DNA of 63,994 bases, counting the filler, from Folioceros fuciformis (Eukaryota): NCBI GenBank assembly GCA_049999805.1. It is 4 parts of 3 records of this genome, joined end to end, with 100 filler letters (N's around TTAATTAATTAA, not from the genome) between each part and the next. Parts side by side here need not be neighbours in the genome. Positions count along the whole stretch, not along the records: positions 1 to 31,318 come from JBNGIO010006223.1; positions 31,419 to 54,412 come from JBNGIO010006223.1; 2 more parts are not named here. The stretch is one strand, 5' to 3'. Each line of letters begins with the position of its first letter. Within the stretch, counting starts at the first letter, position 1. The notes beneath the pieces were generated by a model. The model was not told where the DNA came from and made no database searches. It saw only the letters and a list, made by a program, of their open reading frames with translations. The translations under genes and the position numbers were made by a program. This document shows, in pieces, positions 25,401-38,864 of this stretch.

Positions 25401-27613
25401 CTAGGATCAAATGCAAGTGCGGACAAAGGACTCGTGTGAGCCCTGAAGTGAGTCACGAATTTCCTGCTCACAAAATCACGCACAATCACCTGCCACCAAA
25501 GATGCCAGTCTGAGAACGAGAGGAAAACATGACTGACAACATGGGAGGCACAATCAATCACATCCTCATGAACGAAACTGTACCCCATATCAAGCACCAA
25601 AAAAAAAGTGTAACCAGATCACATAACATGCCTACCATCTTCACTTCATTTTGAGATAAAGGATTAAGGGAAAACTTGACTTACAATTCCCGCATGCTCA
25701 GGCTCCGGCACTTGACCTCCAGCATGGCCATTGACACCATTCTTCCAACTTGGACTGCTAGAACCAGAATTAGTGGCTCCATCTGGAAGCAAGTCAGAGC
25801 AATACCGAGACAAGGTCTTGTATCCCCTATCACTGAGTGTCACGATCCCAGCAGCAATGTGCTTACTGGACTCTTTGGCATAATGTGCAACCAAGCTACC
25901 ACCAGCAGGTGAAGTGGATGGGCTCACACCAGGAGAGGATGTGAGATGCTGAGGTGAAACTCTTCCCGTGGTGGCCATAAGAGGTTGATTAGCCGCATAT
26001 GCCAGCCATCTCGGGCCCACAGCCATTGCACCATGAGAAGTATATGCAGACCCCCCTCCCACATGAGGTGTGGGATATGTCAACACACTGAAAATATTCT
26101 GAAGAGTCACTGCATCGAAGCAGTAAATCTGCAGTCACCGAACAAGACAAATGTAAGAGACGATTGGTGAACGAACATATCAAACAGGTTCACCAACAGC
26201 ATCAGGCTCTCACCTGGGCTTGAAGAGCAACAGCAACCACTCGTGAGCTGCAACGGACAGCACAAATACTGCTTCTGAATCGTAACACATGGACATATGC
26301 ATGTGTCCGCAGGGAATAGAAGCGAACAACAGTGGGAAACATAGGGCCATTCCCCCCTCCTGCTGGTGGACTTCCCACACCCCCTCCATACCCTCCAGGA
26401 AACCCTCCTGGAACAGCGGTGACACTGTTAGAGGTATCCCCCGTGACGACCAATAACAAGGGACGTGCGGCTTTCAGGCCCCCCTCGCCAACCTCTTGAA
26501 CATAGGGCTGTAGGCGTAGGAATGCAACCAGGCCATCTCGCCGAGACAGTAGCTCCCGAACATTGTTTGCCTCTTCCACATCCCATACTTGGAAGCCATT
26601 CACATAGGTAAGGAGCAATACCCGCCGAGACCGTGAGGGCCCCGTTTCCAGTGAATCAAAACCTGCCCAATGAACCTGCCAGCACATGGAACGAGCACGA
26701 GAAAAGAGTATCATTTTGGTGACAATTCTCGACATTGGTTTAGTGTGTAGGGTGTTGAAAAGAAGTTCACAAGTCGATGGTTCTTGACAACCACAGCCTA
26801 GTTCCCTCCAGAAAAACAAGCAAGATCATGTTCGACACTTAGGGTTTCCTCTCCCTCCCACACCCAACCCCCAGAAAAAAAACACGGTACACGACAATCC
26901 TCATGAATTGTAGGGAGCCTCAGACAGCAGTGCAGCGAAAATCAGACAGTTGCACATCCCTACATCGTCCTTCTACCATGAACAATCTCAACTGTCCTGT
27001 CCTGGAGCATTACCCTGCTTCGGCCTCTATGCACAGAGAGTTGCGAGCAGGTGGAGAGGAATGCCACCCAACATAAGGCGACAAGACACGACGACCCTGA
27101 ACCAATCTAGGGAACATTTCATTGCCATCATGAGCAGAAGCATGTGCTCAAAATCTGCAAGCGTGAGACCCAAAGTCGGAGATTTGAAACTAGGGAATTC
27201 AAGTCCAGCTGCGGCAACCTGCAGTCCAATCATGTTAAGTGCAGAGAGAAGAAGGCATGGCGGACACTAAATTNNNNNNNNNNNNNNNNNNNNNNNNNNN
27301 NNNNNNNNNNNNNNNNNNNNNNNNNNNNNNNNNNNNNNNNNNNNNNNNNNNNNNNNNNNNNNNNNNNNNNNNNTGCGCAGTACAGTACCTGCTCTCGCTG
27401 CCTCTCATCTTCCGCGGAAGACACAGTAGACGCAACAGTTGCTCCCGCGGATCGCACGGTAGAGGCGATGGTGCTGGCGTTGGCTGAGACGCTGCGCCAG
27501 TAGGTCGAAATTGTCCGGAGTGATGAAGGGAAGATGCTCCCACGGCCTGTGCCTGTGGCTGCGGCTGTGCCCCCTCTGGGACTGCCAGCATGCAAAGCAG
27601 CATCGTTCCTCAT
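22493..27613 (-). CDS. ATG18: Autophagy-related protein 18, F/G/H subgroup (WD40 + BCAS3 domain), multi-exon
   Basis: QVHWAGFD, NGFQVWDVE, GAMAVGPRWLAYA, HFRAHTSPLSALAFDPSGTLLVTAS, SSRATTHVFAISPFGG and SNAEVQMH. C-terminal MFPFCEEG. The exact last exon and stop are uncertain, and intron 1 contains an N gap. Confidence 0.9.
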
Positions 27614-30600
27614 CCCACTGACTCTGCCTTGTCAAGTTGGTGCTTACGCATGCCCAGGCTGTTTGTATGAGCCCTACAAACAGGGCCACCGATTCACAGC
27701 GGGAATCTGCAAAGTTTTGGTTTCCCGGGCAGCGACCATGAAAACGCCTTGCGCCTTCATGGCGTTTGGGGAAGGAGGATGAGCCTCATATGAGCCAGCA
27801 CACGCAACGACATCTCGCTGTGAATTCCGCCTCAAAAACGTCGCGTCGCAGCGGGGGGCCAGGCCGTACACCAAACTTGCACTTATACGGCTCTTCTCTA
27901 GCACTTCGTGTCTTCACGCTCGTTCATGAGTTTTGACTTGAAAATGCCTTTTAAAGCCCTCCATAGACTTCCTCGCCAAGTCATTCTCACCTTGCCCCAT
28001 TACTACCACCCTTTCTTTGCCTCCTCCCTCCTCCTCCTAGTCATCATCATCGTCATCATGCTGCTCCCCTACATGCATAGCATACAATCTCCTTTATGCC
28101 GCCTCTTTCATCATCTCATGACTACGCTACATATTTTGCATGTAAATCTCCATACCTTCTCACCCTCAATCTTTGACTTAACAACCTCCTAACTGTACTT
28201 ACCTACTTTTCTATTCTTGTTTTTTCATTTTCACATACCCACCTAACTAACCTTAACCTACCCTACTCTATTCTATCCTAACCTAATCTAACCTAATATG
28301 TCCTAATCTATTATAGTACTAAGAGTAAAAATCCTTTTTATTCTTAGTAATTATGAGTATGAAAAGTTTTTTACTTTCATACCATATCTTGAACTGGATT
28401 TACTTTATCTCTAAAATGAACAAAGTTGTCAATTCAAGATATGTCCTCAAGATATCATAACATGGCAAAATGTCAAGATTCTTTCTTATTGGAAGAGTCC
28501 CTTGGTTTGAAAGACCAGACCCTTCACTTCATAACACAAAGTCTTAGGATAACACATTGAAAGGAAGTCAAGACATCACATCCATATTCAGCTTAAAGAG
28601 CCAAAAATATTTTAGAGGTAGGAGGATGATGAAGGAAAGGGTTGGGATTAAGAATGTTAAGAAGATGAAGATTACTAGAAAAAAATATAACCAAGAGTTC
28701 AGAACACAACCCAACCCAACATGAACTCCACACTTAAACCTGTTGTTATTTCAGACTACTACTGTGTACACACCTATGTTGTCTTTTATCTTACGCCGGC
28801 ATAAAGGTTTAGAAATATTCCGTAAGTATCTTACATACGCGTGGAAGGAGCACCGAACAAACCCTCGAGACTTGAGACTCACTCAAACTCTCTGGCAATT
28901 GCTTTGTTTTGGAAAGCACGTCTCTAGCTTTGCTGATGTGCCGGTGCCGGAGGTGAGCCGGACTTTTGGAGGAGTGCCGTCGGCTTAACTGCAGCTGAGC
29001 CGGGGCAACTTATCTTCTGAGTCCGAATGAAATGCGCGTGTTCTACAGCTATCACTGGCGGATTCTTCAGCCAATTCTGGACGAAAATGGCACACGTTAC
29101 AAGAGGAAGGTGTTGCGTAGACGAATTGCTCCACGGATGTGCCTGCGAGGAAATTGAATAGCTGAAGCGTTTCGGAGTTCTTGATCGTCGGCTCCGAGAA
29201 TTCGCCACTGGCGCAGTCCTGCAACCCGTGAAACAGACGTTTGTTTCGCGTGTTCGTGTCTGAAACTGAAACCCTCGGAATTGGATGGCGTGGAGAAAGA
29301 GTTCTGGCTTGATCGCCAGTCGCGAAGGTGCATGCATCTCTTTGAGCTCGACTTGCCACGTCTCCGTGGATGCGTCCCGCAGGTGGTGGCTCGACCTTCA
29401 ACCCTAACCGCTGAGACGTGAATTGTGCAAGTGTTGAATCCTTTCAGGCAGTATCCCATGCCTTGCGTATTTCTTGCACTAGATAGCCATGGCTTATCCG
29501 CCTTGCAGGTGTGGAGAGTAGACTACCGGATGGCAAACGTCTGGAAGGCAGAAGAAGAGCAGCTGCTATTACGCTGCATTGCTATCTCTTTATTGCCTGA
29601 ATCGGACAGTCAGACTCCTCTTGTGCCCTTGTACCCTTGACTCCTCTTGTGCAGAGTACTGAGGTCTGCTGCACCGTGACCCGGGCTGGAAGGCAGCAGC
29701 CGTGCTGCTCATTCCTGGGCCTCGCCGGAGCTATGATGAGGCGTCGGCCGGTTCTGACGGATTTGCTGGACCTCTCATAGCCCCGTTTGTTAGCCACAAG
29801 TTCACCTTCTTGGATATGAAGCTTTCTGCCACGACGTGGGAGGAGAGTCTGAGTGTCTAACGCATAGGGCTCGTTCACGTGATGAGTTTATGTTTCATCA
29901 TCATGTGTGATAGTATTTTCTCTCCTAGGTGCTCTGGACCTTTTTAGCTGGACCTTTTGGCTGTAGCCATCGTTTCTCAGCTGGTTTTGCTGCAGAGAAA
30001 GAAGAATGTGGCTGATGTTGCGAGGAACTATGTAGTATTCCTTGGGTAAGTTGAGGCTTTGCTGAATGAATCTTGCCCCAAGTCTGCCAAGGGAACTGTT
30101 AGAGGCAAGGGGCAGTTTGGGATGCTCCTGCCGGTCTCAATTACGAGGCCAATTCGTCAGTTTGTGTTGAACTGTACATCATGCAGCTGATATCGGCTAC
30201 TTTAGGATAATAAGCTGGAATAACCTGGCAGTCACAGAGCCAATGACTTGCAGAGGATGAGTTAGAAATCGTGCGCTTCACTTTTCCTGTGCTGTTTTGG
30301 TTCACGAGACAGCCAAGCCTATGCCTGGGCCAGCCAGCTTGGTTCTTCTTTTGCTTTAGGTGTCTCTTGGTGTGCAGCCTAGATATCTGGCATTGTGCAG
30401 AGGCATTCTTCGCACCGTTTTTGTTTTGTTTTCTCCTTTTGCATCAAGAGGTGAGCAAATGCTCCTGCTTCACCATCATGTTGTGCAATTCCTCACAAGT
30501 GTTATCCACTTGTAGATATTTCTGTTTTGGATCTGGGAATGGGCTTTCGTGGGAAGACTACTTGCCTGTGGCCGGAATATCCTCGTAGGCTAGTATCACA

Positions 30601-31318
30601 AGCGTTTACCATGTGCGATGGTGCGGTTGCATGATTTGTCACCAAGCCTTAGTTAGAAGTTTCTGGTGTTGCTGGTTTCTTGCTGTTGTGCGTCAGTTGG
30701 TTTTCAAGACAGACAAGAGAATGTGTTGTAGGCGTACTCATTTCACCAAAATGATGTTGTGTCGATTGGATTGAGGCGTTTCGGGCGGTTGGAGAAGCAA
30801 TGAGCGGCCACAACTGCGAGCATACATGCTGTCCGTCCTGACTGGATGGTCTTAGTAAAAGGTGCCGTGACCGTTAAGGTGCTTGTCAGGACGGCAGGGT
30901 CACATACATACATATTGGGCAAGCTGTTGGTGAGCACGGTGACAAGGTGGAATGAGAATGCGCCAAGCAGGAAGTAGCACGTTCTGCCGGGCCCGGCACT
31001 TGCCCGGTGTCAATCGAGCCCGTGCTTCCTCTGCATTCCAGAAACAGAAGGTACGTAGACAAGCGTGGATTGATCAAAGGGCAGGGCAGGGCCCGGCTCC
31101 GGGACATGGAAGGATGAGAATGAGTGGACTATCGGAAGGCGAGGTGGTGATACGAGGGCTTTGAGATTTCCGTACAAGTTTGGAAAGGGTTGATCTAGAT
31201 TTGGGGTGAGCTGGTTAATGGCCGGACTTGCCGTGCGGAAGGTTGACTGGTGCGACAAATTGGCAACGCGGCGAATGTTGAGAGGTCGAAGCAGAGGGCC
31301 GTGGTCGGTGTGGACCCC

Positions 31319-31418
31319 NNNNNNNNNNNNNNNNNNNNNNNNNNNNNNNNNNNNNNNNNNNNTTAATTAATTAANNNNNNNNNNNNNNNNNNNNNNNNNN
31401 NNNNNNNNNNNNNNNNNN
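31319..31418. other. Artificial contig-join spacer (N-TTAATTAATTAA-N)
   Basis: Six-frame-stop 12-mer at 31363-31374 embedded in Ns. Confidence 0.9.
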
Positions 31419-31949
31419 AGGCAGTGAGTAAGTTCAAGTTTGAGAAATGCAGGGGACTACTTGGACTCAAGCAAACTCAAGTGCGCTAAGTGGGAGTGTT
31501 AAGCATGATTAATGTTGAGATTAATTAAATCTAATCCAGTTTATTGAGTTTGTACTAATTAGTGGTAAGAGTGATTAAGGTTATGATTAATATATATATA
31601 CCTTATTAGACTTTGTTATGTTAGGCAAAAAGGTATTGTAGGGTTTGGGGTCATTTATCTCATATTGGGCACGAAATGAGAGTGCCACCCATAGGTCCAT
31701 AAAAGAAGGGATGAACCCACCTAGTATTCGTAGTCTAACTCCCTCTTCACTTGTATTGTGTTGTTTTTGTAATTCTTCTTTTATTTGAGTTTAAGAGCCT
31801 TGTTCTAGTGCTCTTATTTTTGGGATTCTGCATCTTACTTCAACTAACTTGTTTTAACCTCTTTTGAGCATGGCGGGGGTGACATCTCAACAATAGTTTA
31901 ATCCTAGCAAGATGCCAACTTATGAGCTTGTGCCTATGAGGTGTTATAC

Positions 31950-33865
31950 GAAGTTACAAAATTCGACCAGGAGGCAGGTAATGAAAGCATTAAATAGAGT
32001 GCTAACATATCTTCCTTAATGGCTTCCTATGTTGTTCCTTCCAACTTAGAAACAAGATGTCTGAAAGTAGCATTGTGCTTTTCTACTGAGTCATCATCTT
32101 GCATCTTGCAGAGTTAAAGGTTTTTAAGGGCTGCCATTTGACTGGTTGAATTTCCACCAGAGTAAAGCTCACAAAGTCTAGACCAGATATTTAATGCAGA
32201 TACGGCTCCTGAAGTGTGCCTCAACATTTTAGAGGTTAGGCCACATCGTACCATGTACATGGCTGCGTCATTTCTAACTGTCCATGCCTTGACAGTTGCT
32301 GCATCATCTGTATCTAACTCATCATCTCTGGTTGTTACATCCCAGAGTCCTTTGTTCTAAAGAGCACCCTGCATCCTCATCACCCAGATATCGTAATTCT
32401 CCCCTCTGAACTTGTCCTTTTCCTTAAACATGTCACTGCCTATGCTATAGGACAGTTTGGGTATGGTATCTTTATCACCCATGTTTGTAGGATTTAACAG
32501 ACACTAATGTGTGAAGTTGTAACCTGTGCTATGCAGGTTAATCACAACAAAGTGTCTAGGAACAGATGTTAGGAGATGAATGATACATGGTTCATGAAGA
32601 CATGAGCAATCACATAACATAAGCAGGGTTAGAAACTCTGTGCTGCGCTACTGTCAATTTGTTTTCTAATTTTAAATGCCTCATCTTCCACTTATTGTAT
32701 GCGTAGGTGGAGCATAATGGGCAACAATTGGGTGCATCAAATCTGTGACTTTTTTTTGTCTTATCTGTATGCCTACGTACAACTCCAGAATGAGGGGATT
32801 TAGCAAGCAAATGTGGTTTCGACAAAGTCAACAGTTTGAAATTCAAGTGAGAGATTTGTTCTTTTATACCTTGAATACCCACAGTAGAATCAATAAGGCG
32901 TCGAGTGACGCTGCTATGATTTCTTTCTATGCGGTTTTGGTATGATTCAAGCCTATGTGGTTTGATGTAGCATATGTTGTGAGAAGTCCCCTATGGTTAG
33001 GGTTACTAATAGAAGCTCGCTGCAATCGCACCGCTTGTGGAATCAACTGTATGGGAGAATAAGGAGCAAAAGTCAAATGTCTCTGACCAGGGTAGAGAGT
33101 CTCCAATATTGTATAGAAGGCCTCCTGTAGGTTTTTGCAGAGATCAAGCAAATCTTGGTTGCGCAACATCCACGTCACGGTGTGCTGATGGATGCGCTCC
33201 ATAAGATTATGCCTGTTTTGATTTCGATTTTGCTACCTCCTGTTGTTGTTTGCACACTCAACGAGAACGTGCCAGACATTGTTTCCACGGTAGCCATTTG
33301 TGGCTGAATTTGTAGAAGCTTGTAAAATGCACATTATATGAATTTCTGTAAGCTATTTTCAATAAATTTCAATATGCAAGATCTAGCAGTTGTTCTAGTG
33401 TACCTCTGCCAAAATTGCCTAAGGCAATCTGACTAGAGATGCACTGGAACAAGATCCGGGTTTAGCACATCTCCTTATAAAATATAAAGAAAATTTCTAC
33501 AAGAATTTTAATATGTTCTTTTCTTTTCTAAAAAAGAAACCTAATTTCCTTTTGAAAGAAAGCAAAAGAGACATGATTGTGCATGAAATTAAATGCACAA
33601 TCTAATGTACACTCATTTTAATGTAACCTACATTGCTCTGATACCATAAGAAATTACATGTAGATGTAGATTTATTATAAGAATAACATTGTATATATTC
33701 AAGAAGAGAGTAAGTAAAATATTGAAACTAAACTCAACTTAACTATTCATGAATGGGTGTGACTATTCATAACAGTCGTAACCCTAGTGAAGAGGTAAGA
33801 CATTTTAAACTATACACACACTATGAAACTTGAGATAATATAACCCTAATCTCACTATGCCAACA
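31950..33865 (-). mobile_element. Decayed Ty1/copia LTR retrotransposon remnant
   Basis: tRNA-iMet PBS TGGTATCAGAGC at 33646-33635. Copia gag MGDKD...KFRGENYDIWVMRMQGAL*NKGLWDV from 32482 with an internal stop. LWVFKV* RT-like fragment near 32870. Possible LTR at 33647-33865 starting TGTTGG. Confidence 0.7.
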
Positions 33866-34276
33866 TCAATACTCCTTCATGGAGAAGGATGGTGACAGGA
33901 GCAACCCAAATTGAGATTTGCAAGGACTAGCCTCAACCATGGCCAGACCCAAACGGATCTGCTCAACCAGGCTACCGTGGTGCTCACATGGCTTAGCATG
34001 TGAAGACCACACAGTGTGGTTGTCCAATGATGAAGAACCAAGGAGAAGCCCTAGGAGAGAGGAGAGAGTGGTGGACAGTGGAAGTGAAGTGGAGGTATTA
34101 TGGGAAGTTCTCCTGGATCAGCGATGGGGCAGAAGGGCCATGGGGGTTCCAAGAGAGCGAAGGCCGAGACGGCCACAGTGGAGACGGGCACGGTAGTCTA
34201 GGAAATACTAGGTCATATTTTTATTATTGGATAATTAACTCATGAATTTTGAAACAAGTAGTGTTGACCGTAGAAG

Positions 34277-35229
34277 TGTGTCAGGAACCTTTAATTTTTT
34301 TTAAGACAATGAAAGGCTGCGGCAGTAATGGTGCTCCGAGGCCAGATGTATAAGGGGCAAGGCTACTTTCCTCTCCACAGACAAGAAAGAAGATCATGAA
34401 GATCCTTGGGGTGGTCGAGAGCTGTGTGACCTAGCTCCGCGACTGGTGTGGCTAGTGGAAGGGGTGTTCTGCACCCGTGAGGAAGAGGAATTTCTGCATA
34501 AGGTCAGGGTAGGAAGGCGAGTTTTGCGAAACCCTTGGAAAGCCAAGAGGGAGCGCGAGTTTTGCAAAACTCTTGTGAGCCGTCCGGTTGTGATTTTTCT
34601 CTTCCTTGCTCTGCTATCTAACCAGGCCATGTTTAATCTCAGTGAGGAATCTGTGTGGCTCAAGGAGGAGCTTGTGTGGCTCAAGGAGGAGTCTATGTGG
34701 CTCAAGGAGGAGGATTGAGTGGAGATTTGGTGTGTGAGAAGTATGGTTGAAATTGAGAAGTGCTGAGGAAGATTGTTGATAGGTTGAGTGAAGGAATCAT
34801 TGAGAATCAGTGATGCAGTGCAGCACGGGGGTGTGGTTGGCCCTAATCTACATCTACTGGTATGATCTGGTTGTAGAATAATGTGAATGTGGCTTGGGGT
34901 GCATAAGAATTTGCTTGCACATGTCATAGCTCCTTCACAAGTGTGGCCAGAAACCCCACCTCATCTAGGCGCCGCGACCCCCGCATGCGCCAAATGGGTG
35001 GGTCCCACCATGATGGCAGACTCCCCTATCGCGGTGGTTGAATCCACGACCGCGGTGGTAGAAGACACGACCGCGGTGGTGGAAGACACGACCGCGGTGG
35101 TAGAGTTAGGAACGTGGTGGTAGAGTTTAGGAACAACGGTGGTAAACTTAGGTATGGCGGTGGAGTACGTCTGGGTAGGAACTGACTTTAGAGAGTCTAG
35201 AAGTCGTAGATTTAGAACAACTTGACACA
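34277..35229. mobile_element. Probable TE-derived segment with TGTGTCA/TGACACA termini and internal 21-nt tandem repeats
   Basis: 7-bp terminal inverted repeat. Repeats tgtgtggctcaaggaggag x3 (34652-34711) and gaccgcggtggt x3-4 (35030-35105). No TSD found. Confidence 0.35.
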
Positions 35230-35464
35230 AACCATTCCCTTGGGATCAAATCCTAGGACTACAACGACAGAGAGGGTGAATGTGGACCTCATTGTGTCCC
35301 TAGACACATAATTTGACTCCACACTCACCAAACTATTATCCACAAGATTTGCATCTACATTTCGCCTTACTCTTTAAGCTACCAAAGAAATATCTAGTTG
35401 CATTCCTCCTCATAGCTCAACCAAGACAAATAAATGCACCTGTATCCTAACACTTGCTCCCGGA

Positions 35465-35767
35465 CCAACATTTATAAAGTAGCACCACAACCATTAAGAT
35501 CACCAAAACCCATAAGCTTAATCAACAAATCCATTACCCAAGGAGAATATTTCACACAGACAAATGTCACACTCATCTCATGAGGTAGTGCCCATCTTAC
35601 TCATGTAGAGCAAGTAAGACCAACATTTACATATTAGCACCACAACCATTATTGAAAACCATAAGCTTAATCAACAATTTCATTACCTAAGGAGAATATT
35701 TCACATAGAAGATGTCACACTCATCTTCTGAGGTAGTGCCCATCTTACTCATACAAAGCGAGTAAGA
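35465..35767. repeat. About 150-bp diverged tandem duplication
   Basis: ccaacattta...tagcaccacaaccatta...gaggtagtgcccatcttactcat...agtaaga occurs twice. Confidence 0.85.
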
Positions 35768-36010
35768 TTCGTTTGATAGTGACAACTTTAAGATTCTTTT
35801 GATAGTGACAAGTTTCTTCACATCGATTTCATCTTGCATCACATCATTGTAATCCTTATTATGGCAATCAAAACACGTGAAAACCTTCTTGTGATACATG
35901 ATTCAAATGTTTAGTTCACTTTTAGTTTTGGAGGCAATTCATGTTATTAGATTCTACTCAGTACTAGCTAGCCAATCATAGCTTTTCTAAGCGAACTATT
36001 GAAAGAAGGC

Positions 36011-36223
36011 TTAATTACCCTCTTTCAAGCCTTTTATAGAAAGTTACAATTTGTTCCTAATACCTACGCCAACGTCTTCAATCCTTCTTAACTGTACACA
36101 AATTTAACTTCCAAAGTTAATTACCCTCTTTCAAGCTTTTTATAGCAAATTACAATTTGTTCCTAACTACTTACGCCAACGTCTTCAATCCTTCTTAACT
36201 GTACACAAATTTAACTTCTAAAG
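36011..36223. repeat. About 106-bp near-identical tandem duplication
   Basis: ttaattaccctctttcaagc...gtacacaaatttaacttc occurs twice. Confidence 0.9.
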
Positions 36224-37609
36224 TATTTGTTCACAACAAAGCCATTTCTCCCTGGCAACTTTTGATCCCTTCATCAAATACTCAAATTCAGCAAATCACT
36301 CTTAATCTTAATGTATGCTTGTCCTCCTCCATGAGTCAACTTAAAAAAGCTTTATCTACATCACAAGTTCAACTGGACACAAATTCTTATGGATTTCCTA
36401 AGTCATACACCTCACAAAGAAGTGCAAAGGATGCTTTACAATTATTATGGATGCAACTGGTGAAGGGAGAACCACTCTTTGTGAGCATGTTGTAGTGGCC
36501 ATGGGGATGCTTGTGAGGAACTTGGAGGGAAAGGAGGCTGTTGGAGTGACCCTTGCTTTGTCCTCCACACCCCATCTTGCTTTGCAACATGGTGGTAGTA
36601 GATCACTAAAAAAAAGAAGTGCCCTTTCTTCAAGAAGCAATCAAGGAAAAGGAGGCCTCCAGGATGGGCTACAGTTAAATAATGTAGCAATGATGTGCAA
36701 TGATCACAGCAAGCAAGAAGCAAAACAGCTTCATTTCCTAGAACTTAGGTAGGAAAAAGTTGTAGCATTAGATATCATTAAACTAGGACGTTCCTTGCAC
36801 CCAGTTCATTTCATTATTATTATCTTCTTCGTGATGAGAACCAAGACCCAAAACACGCTCACTTCGTGAGATTCTTCGCACACAGGTTGATTGCGGGTTG
36901 AGAAGCCGCCCCTTGATCGCGGGTTGAGAAGCCGGGGGCGGCCGTGGAGGACGGGGCGGTGGTTCTTGTACGACAGATTGTATGCATACACTCCGTACAA
37001 GTGCGTGTATGGATATGATGGAACGCTCAAAACCGTAAATGCGTATGTATATGTAATCCAGACTTTCTGTATGGCTACGAGGCAGGTGCGGGAATGGGGT
37101 ATGGAAATGCAAGTCGCGGCGACAGGGAAATCGGAGAGATGGTACCTCTTTTCTGGTTATGGCACATGGAGGCGACATAGAGAGAGACTGCCGCACGGCC
37201 GTGGCCCAGACATCGAGGCCGTCCTCTTCATTACTCGTTTGTGAAGAACACGGGACGGCCACTACTCCATCTCCGACACTGAGAATTATCATTGGGTATC
37301 TATTATTATAGAGTAGAGTGACGTGGTAGATAGTTGTGTGCCTGGCACGCGCAGGCGTGTGGCAGCACACTCGAGGAATTAAAAAAAACTAATGGATGCC
37401 AGCAAAGCAAGTTGTGTTTCAGTGAAGAGCTCCGCTGTCGTGCGATTGAGTTGGGAATCGGGGAAGTTGGGCTTCGCCATCAAGTCTTCCCATAAAGTTT
37501 GTGTATCCAGCCTCAATTGCCTTGCCTCGCCTTGCCCTGCCCTGCCGTTGCATTTCCTGGCTGGGCCGGCTCATGCCATCTCACCGTGTCTGTCAAGTGC
37601 AGTAGCAGG

Positions 37610-38287
37610 ATGTTGGCCCGGACCGCTGCCCACTTGGGTACTGCTTTTGGCCGTCAGGGTCAGCAGCTGCTGCCCTTGGTGCAACGCGGCTACCATGAGA
37701 AGGTGGTGGACCACTACAATAACCCGCGCAACGTGGGCTCCTTCGACAAAAACGATCCCTCCGTGGGAACGGGTCTGGTTGGTGCTCCGGCCTGTGGGGA
37801 TGTCATGAAGCTGCAGATCAAAGTGGACGAGGAAACCGGCCAGATCGTCGACTCATGCTTCAAGACCTTTGGCTGCGGTTCGGCCATCGCGTCTTCCTCC
37901 GTTGGTACTCTTTCCTTGCCTTCCCTACTCGGAAATTTCTTTGCGTGTCTCTGTACCCTTGGCTTCATTACTCTCCTCTGTGTCGCAGCGACGGAGTGGG
38001 TCAAGGGGCGAGGCACAGACGATGTGATTGATATCAAAAATAGGTTGGTGCCACTCCACGCACTCGATATGACAAGGCTCCATGTGACGAACGGGCCACA
38101 CCTCACAGGGTTTTCTCGTTGTTGGACTTGCAGTGACATAGCCAAGCACCTGTCCCTCCCGCCAGTGAAGTTGCATTGCAGCATGCTGGCTGAGGACGCG
38201 ATCAAAGCTGCAGTGCAGGATTATCAAAGCAAGAGAGCCAAGCGTGAAGATGAAGTCAGTGAGGCTGCAGCAGCCCAGCGGCCCTAA
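37610..38287 (+). CDS. ISU1: Mitochondrial Fe-S cluster scaffold IscU/ISU1, three exons
   Basis: YHEKVVDHYNNPRNVGS, GAPACGDVMKLQI, FKTFGCGSAIASSS and LPPVKLHCSMLAEDAI. Introns at 37905-37988 and 38044-38133. Confidence 0.96.
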   Translation: MLARTAAHLGTAFGRQGQQLLPLVQRGYHEKVVDHYNNPRNVGSFDKNDPSVGTGLVGAPACGDVMKLQIKVDEETGQIVDSCFKTFGCGSAIASSSVGTLSLPSLLGNFFACLCTLGFITLLCVAATEWVKGRGTDDVIDIKNRLVPLHALDMTRLHVTNGPHLTGFSRCWTCSDIAKHLSLPPVKLHCSMLAEDAIKAAVQDYQSKRAKREDEVSEAAAAQRP

Positions 38288-38864
38288 CTCATGTCCCGTC
38301 ATCAAGATGAGAGTGTAGTGTGCTCGCCTGTACTCAAGGGAGATTGATTTGGAGGTGGCAGGCATTACCCGTTCGGGGCCTTGGATTCCAAATGATGAGC
38401 CCTTTCTCCACGTAGCAGATTAGTCATGTACAAATTTTGGGTGTAGTGATACTGCTGGGAGCTACTCGGTACACAACGTTCGTAGTTGCTCCATGTAAGT
38501 GCTGCTGGTACATCGAACGTTTGAAAGGAACGGTTGAGGGTTTTCAGGGTTCGCTATACACGTCCGTACAAAGGAGGACTGTGAACAATCTTGAGCTTCC
38601 ATACTTCGCTAACATAAACGAAGAATGACTGTGGACAACGTTACTGTGGGCTTGAAAGCTAGATGGCAAGTGCAAAGCTGATTCCAGTGTACTGTCATTA
38701 CGCGAAACCAAAATGTGGTCCGCAAAACCGGAATAGAACCACATCAATAAGTAACCTTGTGGCCGTCTCGTTGGACACATAATTTGACGATGACAGTGCA
38801 ACAGGAAGGCACCTGGAAGAGGACACTATATACAAGAAGGGTAAAGCGTGCAAGGAGATAGGAG

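Noticed and set aside
28240-28300. CCTAA-rich tract resembling telomeric repeat
   Set aside because: Irregular and not tandem CCCTAAA
29879-29930. GTGATGA C-box suggesting a snoRNA
   Set aside because: No suitably placed CTGA D box with a terminal stem, and no recognisable rRNA guide
35440-35900. Possible gypsy zinc-knuckle and protease relics (FTCFDCH, GCGAT)
   Set aside because: Too degenerate to assign without a profile search
36891-37244. 117-aa ORF with faint beta-propeller/F-box-associated character
   Set aside because: No ATG start and no identifiable motif. It may be a decayed fragment
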